Shown: positions 19,394-29,205, counted from the first letter of the stretch. The stretch is 64,000 bases of DNA from an uncultured Chitinophagaceae bacterium (GCA_964367235.1 CAYIXI010000003.1:4560-68559); one strand, 5' to 3'. Numbers and translations: made by a program. The notes: generated from the letters alone by a model not told the origin.

Positions 19394-20359
19394 CTATTTT
19401 TTCTTTTTTCTCAAAAATTTTAAAAGTGTTTCAAAATCCTTGGACAACTTGCTTTCGAATCTCATTTGTTCTTTTGTGTTGGGATGAACAAATCCCAAAA
19501 TTTTTGCATGCAAACATTGATGATTCATTTTTTCAAGTAAATTTTTTGTCTCTGCAATTTTCTTTCCCGTCAATCCGCCCCAAGAGGAAGTTCTTCCGCC
19601 ATAAGTTGCATCACCAAAAATAGGATGATGAATGTGTGACATGTGCGCGCGAATTTGGTGAGTTCGTCCAGTTCTTAATTTCAGTCGCAAGTAAGTTAAA
19701 TATTCAAATCTTTCTTCGGTAAAATATTCAGTTACAGAAATTTTTCCATCAGATGAAACTGCAATTTTTTTTCTATCACTTTTACTTCTTCCAAGTTTCT
19801 CATCAATAATACCAGAATTATTTTTTATAACTCCCCAACAAATCGCGTGATATTCTCGCTCAGTAGTTTTTTCTGCAAATTGTTTTGCAAGTTTTTGATG
19901 CGTCCAAACATTTTTTGCAACCACCAACAAACCAGAAGTATCTTTATCTAAACGATGAACGATGCCTGGACGATTTTCGTTTGAAGAAGATAAATTTTGA
20001 GAGTAAAAAAGTAGCGCATTTACAAGCGTTCCAGTGTAATTTTTATAAGCAGGGTGAGTTACCATTCCCGAAGGTTTATTTACGACAAGCAAAAATTCAT
20101 CTTCATAAACAATTTCGAGTGGAATATTTTCTGGCAAAACTTGCGGTGGCTCGGGCTTTGAAAGTTGAATTGAAATAATATCTTTTGGTTGAACTAAATA
20201 ACTTGGCTTGATTTTTTTTGAATTAACTAAAACCTCTCCTCGAATAATTGAATCTTGAACTTTTGTGCGAGTTGCATTTTCGACATGATGAGTTAAGTAA
20301 AGGTCAATCCGAATTTTTGTTTGACCCGCCGGGATGACAAGTTCAAACTTGTTTTTCAT
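19394..20359 (-). CDS. rluD: RluA/RluD family 23S rRNA pseudouridine synthase
   Basis: S4 domain, VVNKPSGMVTHP, HRLDKDTSG, TGRTHQIRAH. Confidence 0.93.
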   Translation of the reverse strand: MKNKFELVIPAGQTKIRIDLYLTHHVENATRTKVQDSIIRGEVLVNSKKIKPSYLVQPKDIISIQLSKPEPPQVLPENIPLEIVYEDEFLLVVNKPSGMVTHPAYKNYTGTLVNALLFYSQNLSSSNENRPGIVHRLDKDTSGLLVVAKNVWTHQKLAKQFAEKTTEREYHAICWGVIKNNSGIIDEKLGRSKSDRKKIAVSSDGKISVTEYFTEERFEYLTYLRLKLRTGRTHQIRAHMSHIHHPIFGDATYGGRTSSWGGLTGKKIAETKNLLEKMNHQCLHAKILGFVHPNTKEQMRFESKLSKDFETLLKFLRKKKK

Positions 20360-20374
20360 TTAGTAAAATTATTT

Positions 20375-20923
20375 TTAATTGGAAGGATTATCGTTTTCAA
20401 TTTGTTTTGAAATTCTGGATTCATGCAAATAATGTAAAAATAAAATTGAGACTCCAATAGAAACTGAACTATCGGCAACATTAAAAACAAACCAATGATA
20501 ATTAAAAATTGCAATGTCAATAAAATCTACAACTTTTCCATACATAAGTGGTGCTTCGTTAAATATAACTCCGTAAAAAACTCTATCAATCATATTTCCT
20601 ATCGCACCTGCAAGTACCAATGCAATTCCAAGTCGCATAAAATAATTTTCTTTTCTTGCAGAATAAAAATAATATGCAATTCCGATTGTGGCTAAAATTG
20701 TAAAAAGTGAAAAATAAAATTTTGCGCCCACATTTATTCCAAAAGCCATGCCAGGATTTTCAATGAAAGTGATAAAAAGAAATCCGTCAATTAATTCTTT
20801 AGAAGTGTTGAGTTCCATTCCAGTGTGGTGCAATCCAAATAGTGGAATATCAATCCCCTTGACAGAAAATTTTGTTACTTGATCAAGTATTACAATTGCA
20901 AATGTCAAAAAAAGAAGAGCCAC
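20375..20923 (-). CDS. lspA: Lipoprotein signal peptidase II
   Basis: DQVTK, NPGMAFG, GNMIDR, FNVAD. Confidence 0.96.
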   Translation of the reverse strand: MALLFLTFAIVILDQVTKFSVKGIDIPLFGLHHTGMELNTSKELIDGFLFITFIENPGMAFGINVGAKFYFSLFTILATIGIAYYFYSARKENYFMRLGIALVLAGAIGNMIDRVFYGVIFNEAPLMYGKVVDFIDIAIFNYHWFVFNVADSSVSIGVSILFLHYLHESRISKQIENDNPSN

Positions 20924-21358
20924 TTATTTACTTAATTTGCATTTAACACATAATTGTGTGATTGGCACAGCAAGTAGTCGTTTGCTTTCAATTAATTTAT
21001 TGCAATCGGAGCAAACACCATATCCACCTTTTTCAATTCTCAAAAGCGCTTCGTTTAAATAATTTAAATATTTTGTATCTCGTGCGGCAAAGAGATAAGT
21101 TTTTTCTCTTTCCATTGTATCGGTGCCCTGCTCCATGTGAAGTGAATAACTCGAAATCTCATTTTGATTTTCGCCGGTATTCGGATCGACCATGTACGAT
21201 TTTAACAACTGCAAATTTTCCAAAGTTTCTTTTCGCTTTTCCAAAATAATACTTTTGAAAAATGCCAAATCGCGTTTACCATATATTTTTATTTTTTTGG
21301 GTTTGGCTTTAACAACTTTCGTAATTTTTTTGCTTTTTTTAATTATTTTTTTTGCCAT
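20924..21358 (-). CDS. dksA: TraR/DksA C4 zinc-finger protein
   Basis: ALLRIEKGGYGVCSDC...RLLAVPITQLCVKC. Confidence 0.88.
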   Translation of the reverse strand: MAKKIIKKSKKITKVVKAKPKKIKIYGKRDLAFFKSIILEKRKETLENLQLLKSYMVDPNTGENQNEISSYSLHMEQGTDTMEREKTYLFAARDTKYLNYLNEALLRIEKGGYGVCSDCNKLIESKRLLAVPITQLCVKCKLSK

Positions 21359-21380
21359 ATAATTCCTTTGTTTTTTAAGG

Positions 21381-24300
21381 TTAATTTGCTTTGGATATTA
21401 CAATTTCACATTTATAATTTTCAATTTCCTCTGATGATTTAAAATCGCCATTGGGCTCGCCTAAGTTCAAATCAACTGCTAGAGTCTCTTTCGTAATATA
21501 TTCTTTTTTTGCGAGAATCGAATGCAAAAATTCTTCACTCGAACTTACTGAAATTTTAATCCTATCGGTAACCTCAAAGCCAGCATCTTTGCGCATATTT
21601 TGAATTCGATTTACAAACTCGCGAGCCAATCCCTCTTTTTTTAATTCTTCGGTGATTTCAGTATCAAGTGCAACTGTAACTTTTCCATCGGATTCAACAA
21701 GCCAACCTTGCACATCATCAAAGTGAATTTCAAAATCTTCATTTGTAATTATATAACTTTGCGAATTGATATTAAAACTTGCGCTTCCATTTTTTTGCAA
21801 CAAAGTAATTTCGGTTGAATTTAAATTTTTAATTATTGATGCAACTTGCTGAACTTCCTTCCCATATTTTTGACCAAGCACTCGGAAGTTTGGTTTTGCT
21901 TTTTTATTTACAATTGATGAATCGCCAGAGATTAATTCTAATTCCTTTACATTAATTTCTTCCAAAATTACATCTTTCATCGATAAAAATATTTCTTCAT
22001 CTTTTTTATCAATTACAGGAATCAAAATCTTTTTAAGTGGTTGTCGTACTTTTAAATTAGATTTCATTCTCATTGCGCGAACAATTCCGACAACTCGAAT
22101 GGCTTGTTCCATTTTAATTTCTAATTGTTCGTCAATCAAATTCAAATCTGGATTTTCAATTTCACTTAAATGGACTGAATCAACATTTTCTTTTTTAGAA
22201 TTTGAGTTTAAATTATAAAATATATCATCAACTAAAAATGGAGCAATTGGCGCTGTTAGTTTTGTAACAGCAATCAAACACTCGTACAAAGTTTGATAAG
22301 CCGCAGTTTTATCTTTTCCTTTTTCGCTTTTCCAAAATCTGCGACGGTTTCTTCGTACATACCAATTAGAAAGATAGTCCAAAGTAAAATCTGAAATTTC
22401 GCGAGTGGCTCGAGTCAAATCATATTTTTCCATACTTTCTAAATATCTTTTTATCATTGAGTTTAATTCAGAAAGAATCCATTTATCAATTTCACTTCGT
22501 TCGATAACAGGAATTTTTTCTTCGCTATAAGTAAAGCCATCAATATTTGCATAAAGCGCAAAAAAAGAATATGTGTTCAGCAAAGTGTTAAAAAATTTTC
22601 TCTGCACTTCAGCAATTCCGTTTTCATCAAAAAGCGTCGGTTTCCAAACCGGGCTGTTCGACATCAAATACCATCTGGTCGAGTCGGCTCCGTATTTTTC
22701 CATCACATCAAACGGATTAACAGTATTCCCCTTAGATTTGGACATTTTCTGTCCTTTTTTATCTAAAATAAGTTCGTTGACTAAAACATTTTTAAAAGTT
22801 GGTTGATTAAAAAGAAATGTGCCGATTGAATGAAGCGTGTAAAACCAACCGCGCGTTTGGTCAATTCCCTCAGAAATAAAATCGGCGGGAAAAGATTTTT
22901 CGAACAATTCTTTATTTTCAAAAGGATAATGATGTTGAGCAAAAGGCATCGAGCCCGAATCGAACCAAGCATCAATCAACTCTGGTGTGCGAAACATTGT
23001 GCCACCGCAAGTGCAATCGAAAGTTACAGCATCAACAAATGGTTTGTGCAAATCAAGTGGCTCGGAAATATTTTTTCCTTTTTTAAACTCTTCAACACTT
23101 CCGACACATTTTGTTGCGTTGCATTTTTCACAAATCCAAATCGGTAGCGGCGTTCCCCAATATCTATCTCGTGAAAGTGCCCAATCTTTATTTTCCTCAA
23201 GCCAATTTCCAAATCTTCCAGTGCCAACCTCTTGCGGAAACCAATTTACTTTTTTATTATTCTCAACCATTTTATCGGCATATTTTGTTGTGCTGATGTA
23301 CCATGAGTTTCGAGCATAATATAATAGTGGCGAAGTACAGCGCCAGCAATGAGGATATTCGTGAGCATAAGGTAAAAGTTTTACAAAATTATTATTTGAT
23401 TTTAAATGTGCGACAATTTTTTTCTCAGTCGCTTTATCTTTTACAAATAATCCTCCGAAATCTTTTACATCGTTTGTAAAGTTTCCACTTTTATCAACAG
23501 TGTGATGTTGAGGTAGCCCAACTTGTTTTCCTAATTGATAATCATCTTCTCCGTACATAACTGCTGTATGGACAACTCCTGTGCCATCAGTCGTTGTAAC
23601 AAAATCGGCAGAATATATTTTATACGAGGTTTCAGATTTCAAAGGTGCGACTTCAAAAAGAGGATAATATTTTCTTCCAACTAAATCTTTGCCTAAATAA
23701 TTTTCAACAATCGGATAAACTTCGCCAAGCGAATCAATTAAATCTTTTGCAATAATCCAAAACTCTTCGCCAACTTTTAATTTTACATATTGGATTTCAT
23801 TTCCGACTGCAAGCGCAACATTCCCTGGCAAAGTCCACGGAGTTGTCGTCCAAGACAAAATGAAACTATTTTCTTCATCAACTAATTTAAATTTTATGTA
23901 CAAAGAGTTGTCGGTTACATTTTGATAACCGAGAGAAATTTCATGCGACGAAAGTGGAGTTTCGCAACGAGGGCAATATGGCTGTATCTTAAAACCCTTA
24001 TAAATCATCTCTTTTTTGAAGAATTCGCTGAGCGCCCACCAAACCGATTCGATATAATTATTTTCAAAAGTAATGTATGGCGTTTTCATATCAACCCAAT
24101 AACCCATGTCGCGAGTCATTTGTTCCCATTCAGTTTTATATTTCCAAACCGATTTTTTACATTCGATATTAAATTTTTCAACGCCAAAATCTAAAATTTC
24201 ATCTTTATGTTTGATGCCGAGAGATTTCTCAACTTCAATTTCAACCGGAAGCCCGTGCGTGTCCCATCCTGCTTTTCGTGGGACTTGAAATCCACGCATA

Positions 24301-24518
24301 GTTTTGTAACGACAAATTGCATCTTTCAGTGTTCGTGCCATTACATGATGAATTCCGGGACGACCATTTGAGGTTGGTGGACCTTCGTAAAAAATAAAAA
24401 GTGGTTTATCTTTTTTTGATGAAATACTTTTCTCGAAAATATTTTGGCTATCCCATTTTTCAAGAAGAAGTTTTTCTGTTTTTAAATAATTAATTTTATC
24501 GTTTAACTCTTTGAACAT
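21381..24518 (-). CDS. ileS: Isoleucyl-tRNA synthetase, type 2 (IleRS2)
   Basis: 1045 aa; GWDTHGLPVE, WTTTPWTLP, WALSRDRYWGTP, EGIDQTRGWF, KMSKS; GIHH signature. Confidence 0.98.
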   Translation of the reverse strand: MFKELNDKINYLKTEKLLLEKWDSQNIFEKSISSKKDKPLFIFYEGPPTSNGRPGIHHVMARTLKDAICRYKTMRGFQVPRKAGWDTHGLPVEIEVEKSLGIKHKDEILDFGVEKFNIECKKSVWKYKTEWEQMTRDMGYWVDMKTPYITFENNYIESVWWALSEFFKKEMIYKGFKIQPYCPRCETPLSSHEISLGYQNVTDNSLYIKFKLVDEENSFILSWTTTPWTLPGNVALAVGNEIQYVKLKVGEEFWIIAKDLIDSLGEVYPIVENYLGKDLVGRKYYPLFEVAPLKSETSYKIYSADFVTTTDGTGVVHTAVMYGEDDYQLGKQVGLPQHHTVDKSGNFTNDVKDFGGLFVKDKATEKKIVAHLKSNNNFVKLLPYAHEYPHCWRCTSPLLYYARNSWYISTTKYADKMVENNKKVNWFPQEVGTGRFGNWLEENKDWALSRDRYWGTPLPIWICEKCNATKCVGSVEEFKKGKNISEPLDLHKPFVDAVTFDCTCGGTMFRTPELIDAWFDSGSMPFAQHHYPFENKELFEKSFPADFISEGIDQTRGWFYTLHSIGTFLFNQPTFKNVLVNELILDKKGQKMSKSKGNTVNPFDVMEKYGADSTRWYLMSNSPVWKPTLFDENGIAEVQRKFFNTLLNTYSFFALYANIDGFTYSEEKIPVIERSEIDKWILSELNSMIKRYLESMEKYDLTRATREISDFTLDYLSNWYVRRNRRRFWKSEKGKDKTAAYQTLYECLIAVTKLTAPIAPFLVDDIFYNLNSNSKKENVDSVHLSEIENPDLNLIDEQLEIKMEQAIRVVGIVRAMRMKSNLKVRQPLKKILIPVIDKKDEEIFLSMKDVILEEINVKELELISGDSSIVNKKAKPNFRVLGQKYGKEVQQVASIIKNLNSTEITLLQKNGSASFNINSQSYIITNEDFEIHFDDVQGWLVESDGKVTVALDTEITEELKKEGLAREFVNRIQNMRKDAGFEVTDRIKISVSSSEEFLHSILAKKEYITKETLAVDLNLGEPNGDFKSSEEIENYKCEIVISKAN

Positions 24519-24521
24519 AAT

Positions 24522-25343
24522 TTATATTTTTTCTATCAGACCTTTTACAATTGTTTTTAATCTTTCGGTTCCGAGATTTGCGGTAGCAATAACATCTTCG
24601 TGTTTTAATATTTCAACAACTTCCGGATTACATTCGTTTGTTACTATTGAAAACCCGAGAACATTCATTGACATGTGTTTAGCAACAATAACTTCGGCAA
24701 CTGTTGACATACCAACTTGATCGGCACCAAGTAATCGTAACATATTTATTTCTGCGCGTGTTTCAAAACTTGGACCTGAAAGTCCGACATAAACTCCTTT
24801 TTGTAATTTAATATTATTTTGTTTTGCTACTTGTTCAGAAATTTTAATTAAGTCATTTGAATAAACTTCCGACATATCGGTAAATCTTTCGCCAAGTTCA
24901 TCATCGTTCGGACCAATAAGAGGATTCGTACCGGTTAAATTTAAATGATCGGAAATAATTACAAGATCTCCTTTTTTAAAATTTAAATTAATTGCGCCAA
25001 CTGCATTTGAGACAATTAATGTTTCAACTCCAAGATATTTCATCACCCTAATTGGAAATGTTACTTTTTGCATCGAGTAGCCTTCGTAGAAATGAAATCG
25101 TCCTTGCATGACGACAACATCTTTCCCGGAAAGTTTTCCAAAAATTAATTTTCCTTTGTGGCCAACAACTGTTGAAACTGGGAAATTTGGAATTTGATTG
25201 TACTGGATTTCTGTTTCGATTTCTATCTCATCAACCAACGAGCCAAGTCCAGTGCCGAGAATAATGCCTATTTTTGGGGTTAATTTTGATTTATTTTTTA
25301 AATAATCAACTGATTCAAAAATTTCTTCTTTTAAAGTTTTCAT
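24522..25343 (-). CDS. punA: Purine nucleoside phosphorylase (trimeric, inosine/guanosine type)
   Basis: IILGTGLG, GRFHFYEG, GPSFETRAE, VGMSTV, VTNE. Confidence 0.93.
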   Translation of the reverse strand: MKTLKEEIFESVDYLKNKSKLTPKIGIILGTGLGSLVDEIEIETEIQYNQIPNFPVSTVVGHKGKLIFGKLSGKDVVVMQGRFHFYEGYSMQKVTFPIRVMKYLGVETLIVSNAVGAINLNFKKGDLVIISDHLNLTGTNPLIGPNDDELGERFTDMSEVYSNDLIKISEQVAKQNNIKLQKGVYVGLSGPSFETRAEINMLRLLGADQVGMSTVAEVIVAKHMSMNVLGFSIVTNECNPEVVEILKHEDVIATANLGTERLKTIVKGLIEKI

Positions 25344-25345
25344 TT

Positions 25346-25873
25346 CTATTTTAATTTATTTACAACATCATCAATTGGAAAATCACTTTTACCAGTTCCA
25401 AGCGAAGAATCTATTTTTTCGTCATAATCTTTTTCGATTTGAGTAATTAATTCTAATTCGGAACTTAATAAAATTTTCAAACGAGAAACCAATGCATCTC
25501 TTTTAGATTGAAGACGAACAACCTCTTCTTTAGTTTTCTTGATTTCAAAATAAGCTTCATCTAAAATTAAATTTCTTCTTTCATCGGCTGAATCTAAAAT
25601 ATTTTTAGATTCAATGCGAGCATTTTCTAAAGTTTTCTCACTTATTTGATGTGCATTAAGCATTGTTTGTTGCAAAGTTTTTTCAATCATATTAAAGTCT
25701 CGCAATTGAACTTCATTTTCAATCAACTGCTCGTTTAAAGATTTAATTTGTAAATGAAGAATAGAAAATTCTTTCGCAAGCGACTCAAGAAATGCGCGAA
25801 CCTCAAGTGGATTGTAACCACGAAAAGATTTTTTAAATTCTTTTTTTTGTATTTCAATTGATGTGATTGTCAT
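25346..25873 (-). CDS. divIVA: DivIVA domain-containing protein
   Basis: ITSIEIQKKEFKKSFRGYNPLEVRAFL N-terminal domain followed by a coiled coil. Confidence 0.88.
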   Translation of the reverse strand: MTITSIEIQKKEFKKSFRGYNPLEVRAFLESLAKEFSILHLQIKSLNEQLIENEVQLRDFNMIEKTLQQTMLNAHQISEKTLENARIESKNILDSADERRNLILDEAYFEIKKTKEEVVRLQSKRDALVSRLKILLSSELELITQIEKDYDEKIDSSLGTGKSDFPIDDVVNKLK

Positions 25874-25885
25874 AATTACCTCAAT

Positions 25886-26578
25886 TTATTTTTTTAATCG
25901 TGAACCAAAAATCGCTGTTCCAATTCTTATTATTGTTGCACCTTCATCTATTGCAATTTCAAAATCGTGCGTCATTCCCATCGAAAGTTCTTTTATTTCA
26001 GTTGATAAAATTTTTTCAGTATTCACTCTATCTTTTATTTCGCGCAAAGTAGCGAAACTCTTTCGCGTAAGAATTTCATCTTCAACAAAAGGTCCGATAG
26101 TCATCAAACCTTTTACATTTAAATTTTTTAAAACTCCAACTTGCGCAATTAATTCTAAAGATTTCTCAGGAGCAACGCCATATTTCGTTGCTTCCAGCGA
26201 AGTGTTAACTTCAATTAATACATCAATTTTTTTCTGGATTTGAAAAGCTTGTTTATCAATTTCATTCGCCAATTGAATTGTATCAACCGATTGAATTGAG
26301 GAAACTTTGCTTGCAATATATTTTACTTTGTTGCGCTGTAAATGTCCGATGAAATGCCAAATAATTTTTTCATCTTTTAGCAATTTTTCTTTTTCAACAA
26401 ATTCCTGCGCATAGTTCTCTCCAAAATCAAAAATCCCTAATCGGAATGCATCTAAAATCAAATCAGCCGAGAATGTTTTACTAACGGCAATTAAAGTGAT
26501 TTCGTTTGGGTTTCGACCTGCTTTTTCGGAAGCGAGTTGAAATTTGTCCCTTAAAATTTGAAGATTTTCTGAAATCAT
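25886..26578 (-). CDS. yggS: PLP homeostasis protein YggS/PLPBP
   Basis: LIAVSK, FGENYAQE, WHFIGHLQRNK, LSMGMTHD, IRIGTAIFG. Confidence 0.97.
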   Translation of the reverse strand: MISENLQILRDKFQLASEKAGRNPNEITLIAVSKTFSADLILDAFRLGIFDFGENYAQEFVEKEKLLKDEKIIWHFIGHLQRNKVKYIASKVSSIQSVDTIQLANEIDKQAFQIQKKIDVLIEVNTSLEATKYGVAPEKSLELIAQVGVLKNLNVKGLMTIGPFVEDEILTRKSFATLREIKDRVNTEKILSTEIKELSMGMTHDFEIAIDEGATIIRIGTAIFGSRLKK

Positions 26579-26595
26579 TTGGTCTTTAAGGTCTA

Positions 26596-26624
26596 AATAT
26601 ATTTGAAAAGAGTTTGAAAAACAA
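26596..26624 (-). promoter_or_regulatory. Putative promoter for the yggS-divIVA-punA-ileS-dksA-lspA-rluD operon
   Basis: TTGTTT-N17-TATATT on the minus strand, 17 nt upstream of the ATG. Confidence 0.5.
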
Positions 26625-26665
26625 TAATTTAATAAATGTAACTTTTTTGTATTTTACCATTGATT

Positions 26666-27499
26666 ATGAAATACATAGCACTTATAAAAAATTCAAATAC
26701 TTTTTCGCTCTCTCCTTTAATTTTTAAGAAAGCGTTTGAATTATTACAATTAGATTATCGACATGCAGTTTTAAATATTGGAAAAAACGAACTTGCCACA
26801 ACAATAAATTATTTAAGGAAGGATTTTATTCTCGGGGCGAATGTAACTATTCCGCACAAAGAATCTGTCATAAAATTTTTAGATGAAATTAGCGATGAAG
26901 CAAAAATTACAGGTGCGGTTAATACGATTGCAAATAAAAATGGAAAGTTGATTGGATACAATACCGACATTTACGGAATCAAAAATACTCTCGAACCATT
27001 TAAGGATAGAATTTCGGGCGAAAATATTTTAGTCATCGGAGCTGGCGGAGCATCTCGCGCTGTAATAGTTGCACTCGCAAAATATTTTAATCCATCAGAG
27101 TTACTCCTCTATAATAGAACAACTGAGCGCGCTAATATTTTAATAAATGAGTTTGCAAAATCTTTTCCAAATCTGAAAATAAATTTGGTTACAACTCTTG
27201 CGCAAGTAAATCCTAAATTAATTGTCAATGCGACATCTGTCGGAATGTCTCCAAAAATTTATGAAATGCCGATTACGGAAGATTTTCATTTTTCAAGTGA
27301 ACAAATATTTTTCGATATTGTGTATAATCCAATCGAAACAAAACTATTGAAGCATGCCAAACATTCGGGCGCAACAGTTTTAAATGGAGTAGAAATGTTT
27401 GTTCATCAAGCCGCAAAAAGTTTTGAGATTTGGACTGGAAACATATTTCCAATCAATGAAGCACGAGAAGTTGTAATAAAATCTTTTAATAAAAAATGA
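26666..27499 (+). CDS. aroE: Shikimate dehydrogenase
   Basis: SLSP, NVTIPHK, GAVNT, NTD, GAGGAS, DIVYNP; ATG 26666 preferred over TTG 26660. Confidence 0.93.
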   Translation: MKYIALIKNSNTFSLSPLIFKKAFELLQLDYRHAVLNIGKNELATTINYLRKDFILGANVTIPHKESVIKFLDEISDEAKITGAVNTIANKNGKLIGYNTDIYGIKNTLEPFKDRISGENILVIGAGGASRAVIVALAKYFNPSELLLYNRTTERANILINEFAKSFPNLKINLVTTLAQVNPKLIVNATSVGMSPKIYEMPITEDFHFSSEQIFFDIVYNPIETKLLKHAKHSGATVLNGVEMFVHQAAKSFEIWTGNIFPINEAREVVIKSFNKK

Positions 27500-28341
27500 A
27501 TGAGCTATCTTTATCAACAAAAAATAAATACGAAAATTTAAAAGAACTTGTTCGTAATCTTCAGTCTGTTGTAATCGGATTTTCTGGTGGGATTGACAGC
27601 ACGCTCGTAGCGAAAATATCGACTGAAATACTTGGCCAAAATGCGATTGCCGTAATTGGCCGCTCTGCGACTTTGCCGATGAGTGATTATTTTAGCGCGA
27701 TTGAAACTGCTAAAAGTTTTGGTGCGCGCGTGATTGAAGTGGAAACCGAGGAAACAGATAATTTAAAATTTAAATCTAATCCGATTGATAGATGTTATTT
27801 TTGTAAGACTGAACTTTTTGAAAAATTAAAAATTATTGCGCACGAAAATAATATTAAATGGATTGCAGATGGATCGATTGCTGATGATTTAAATGATTAT
27901 CGTCCCGGAGCAAAAGCGCGAATAGAACAAAATGTTATCTCTCCACTTTTAGAAACTGGGTTTACAAAAAATGAAGTGCGCGAACTTGCGAAATTTTTAA
28001 ATCTTCCGAATTGGGATAAACCATCAAGCCCATGTTTGTCTTCGCGCTTCCCTTACGAAACTCAAATCACAAAAGAAAATCTTTTAAAAATAGAATTAGC
28101 CGAAGAATTTTTAAAATCAAATGGATTTAAAGAAGTTAGAGTAAGATTTCAAGATGAAAAAACAGCGCGGATTGAAATACCTAAAAATGAATTTGAGAAA
28201 ATATTAAACGACGATTTAAGAATAAAAATAATTAACGAAATAAAAAGATTAGGATTTATTTATGTTGCACTTGATTTGGCTGGATTAAGAAGTGGGAGCA
28301 TGAATGAAGTTTTAAATATTCAAACCAAAATAATAATTTAA
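27496..28341 (+). CDS. larE: ATP-dependent sulfur transferase LarE family (TIGR00268-like)
   Basis: PP-loop SGGIDS, RCYFCK, DDLNDYRPG, WDKPSSPCLSSRFPY, VRVR, RSGSMN. Confidence 0.92.
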   Translation: MNELSLSTKNKYENLKELVRNLQSVVIGFSGGIDSTLVAKISTEILGQNAIAVIGRSATLPMSDYFSAIETAKSFGARVIEVETEETDNLKFKSNPIDRCYFCKTELFEKLKIIAHENNIKWIADGSIADDLNDYRPGAKARIEQNVISPLLETGFTKNEVRELAKFLNLPNWDKPSSPCLSSRFPYETQITKENLLKIELAEEFLKSNGFKEVRVRFQDEKTARIEIPKNEFEKILNDDLRIKIINEIKRLGFIYVALDLAGLRSGSMNEVLNIQTKIII

Positions 28342-28344
28342 TAG

Positions 28345-29205
28345 ATGAATACATTTTCCGAATATCTTCGCGCAGAGAGAATTAAAAAGAATATTTCACT
28401 TGCCGAAATTTCCGCTCACACTCGCATCAACATAAAACATCTTGAAGCAATCGATCAGGGATTATTTGATGTTTTGCCTCAAACTTATATCAGATCATTT
28501 TTAAAACAATATGCTCTTTTCGTCGGACTTGAACCAGATAATATTTTAAAAAAATACGAAACAATGGTTCTCGGATTTCAAGATGATTCTGTTGCATCCA
28601 TAATCGAGGGTTCGGGATTTTCATCAGGTGATAACGAAAAGATATCTGAAATTTTAGAACAAACTACTGAAAATATATTTGATGTTGAAAAAGCAAAAAG
28701 GCAACAAAAGAAAAGAAAATATATTTTTATCAGTTCGATTATTTTTGTTGCGATTGTAATTTTAATTTATGTATTAAATTTTGTAATCGATTCCACTAAA
28801 GAGCCAGAAATTAAAGAGACTCCTTTTAAAGAGATTATTAAAGAGGAAACTCCAATAGTAGAAAAATCTGAAATTGTGCAACAAAATCAACTAGATATTG
28901 TTCCTGAAATAAAAATTGAAGACGCAAATAAAGTAATAATTGCACCGCTAACATTTGACTCACTTAGACTTAAAACAATCGGTGGCAAAGATACTGTTTG
29001 GCTGAATATTAAATCTGATACATCTCGAGCAAGAAATTATTTTCTTCTTCCAAATGAAATTCGTTATTGGAATGCGAAAGAAAAATTTACAATTACCTCG
29101 GGCAACCCAAGTGGATTTACTGTTGAATTAAATGGTAAACCGCTCGGAAAAATTGGTAAAGTAAGTAATTTTGAAGTCTCTCTTAAAAATTTAGAAGTAG
29201 AATGA
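28345..29205 (+). CDS. rodZ: RodZ-like HTH membrane protein (DUF4115-type C-terminus)
   Basis: N-terminal HTH with YIRSFLKQYA, single TM, C-terminal WLNIKSD...GNPSGFTVELNGK. Confidence 0.85.
   Translation: MNTFSEYLRAERIKKNISLAEISAHTRINIKHLEAIDQGLFDVLPQTYIRSFLKQYALFVGLEPDNILKKYETMVLGFQDDSVASIIEGSGFSSGDNEKISEILEQTTENIFDVEKAKRQQKKRKYIFISSIIFVAIVILIYVLNFVIDSTKEPEIKETPFKEIIKEETPIVEKSEIVQQNQLDIVPEIKIEDANKVIIAPLTFDSLRLKTIGGKDTVWLNIKSDTSRARNYFLLPNEIRYWNAKEKFTITSGNPSGFTVELNGKPLGKIGKVSNFEVSLKNLEVE

Noticed and set aside
26666-26740. AroE N-terminus lacks the usual GxPxxHS glycine and histidine (KNSNTFSLSP), suggesting a third pseudo-enzyme
   Set aside because: Both Ser residues, the TIPHK lysine, the NTD aspartate, the Tyr and Gln, and the GAGGAS motif are intact, so it is probably active.
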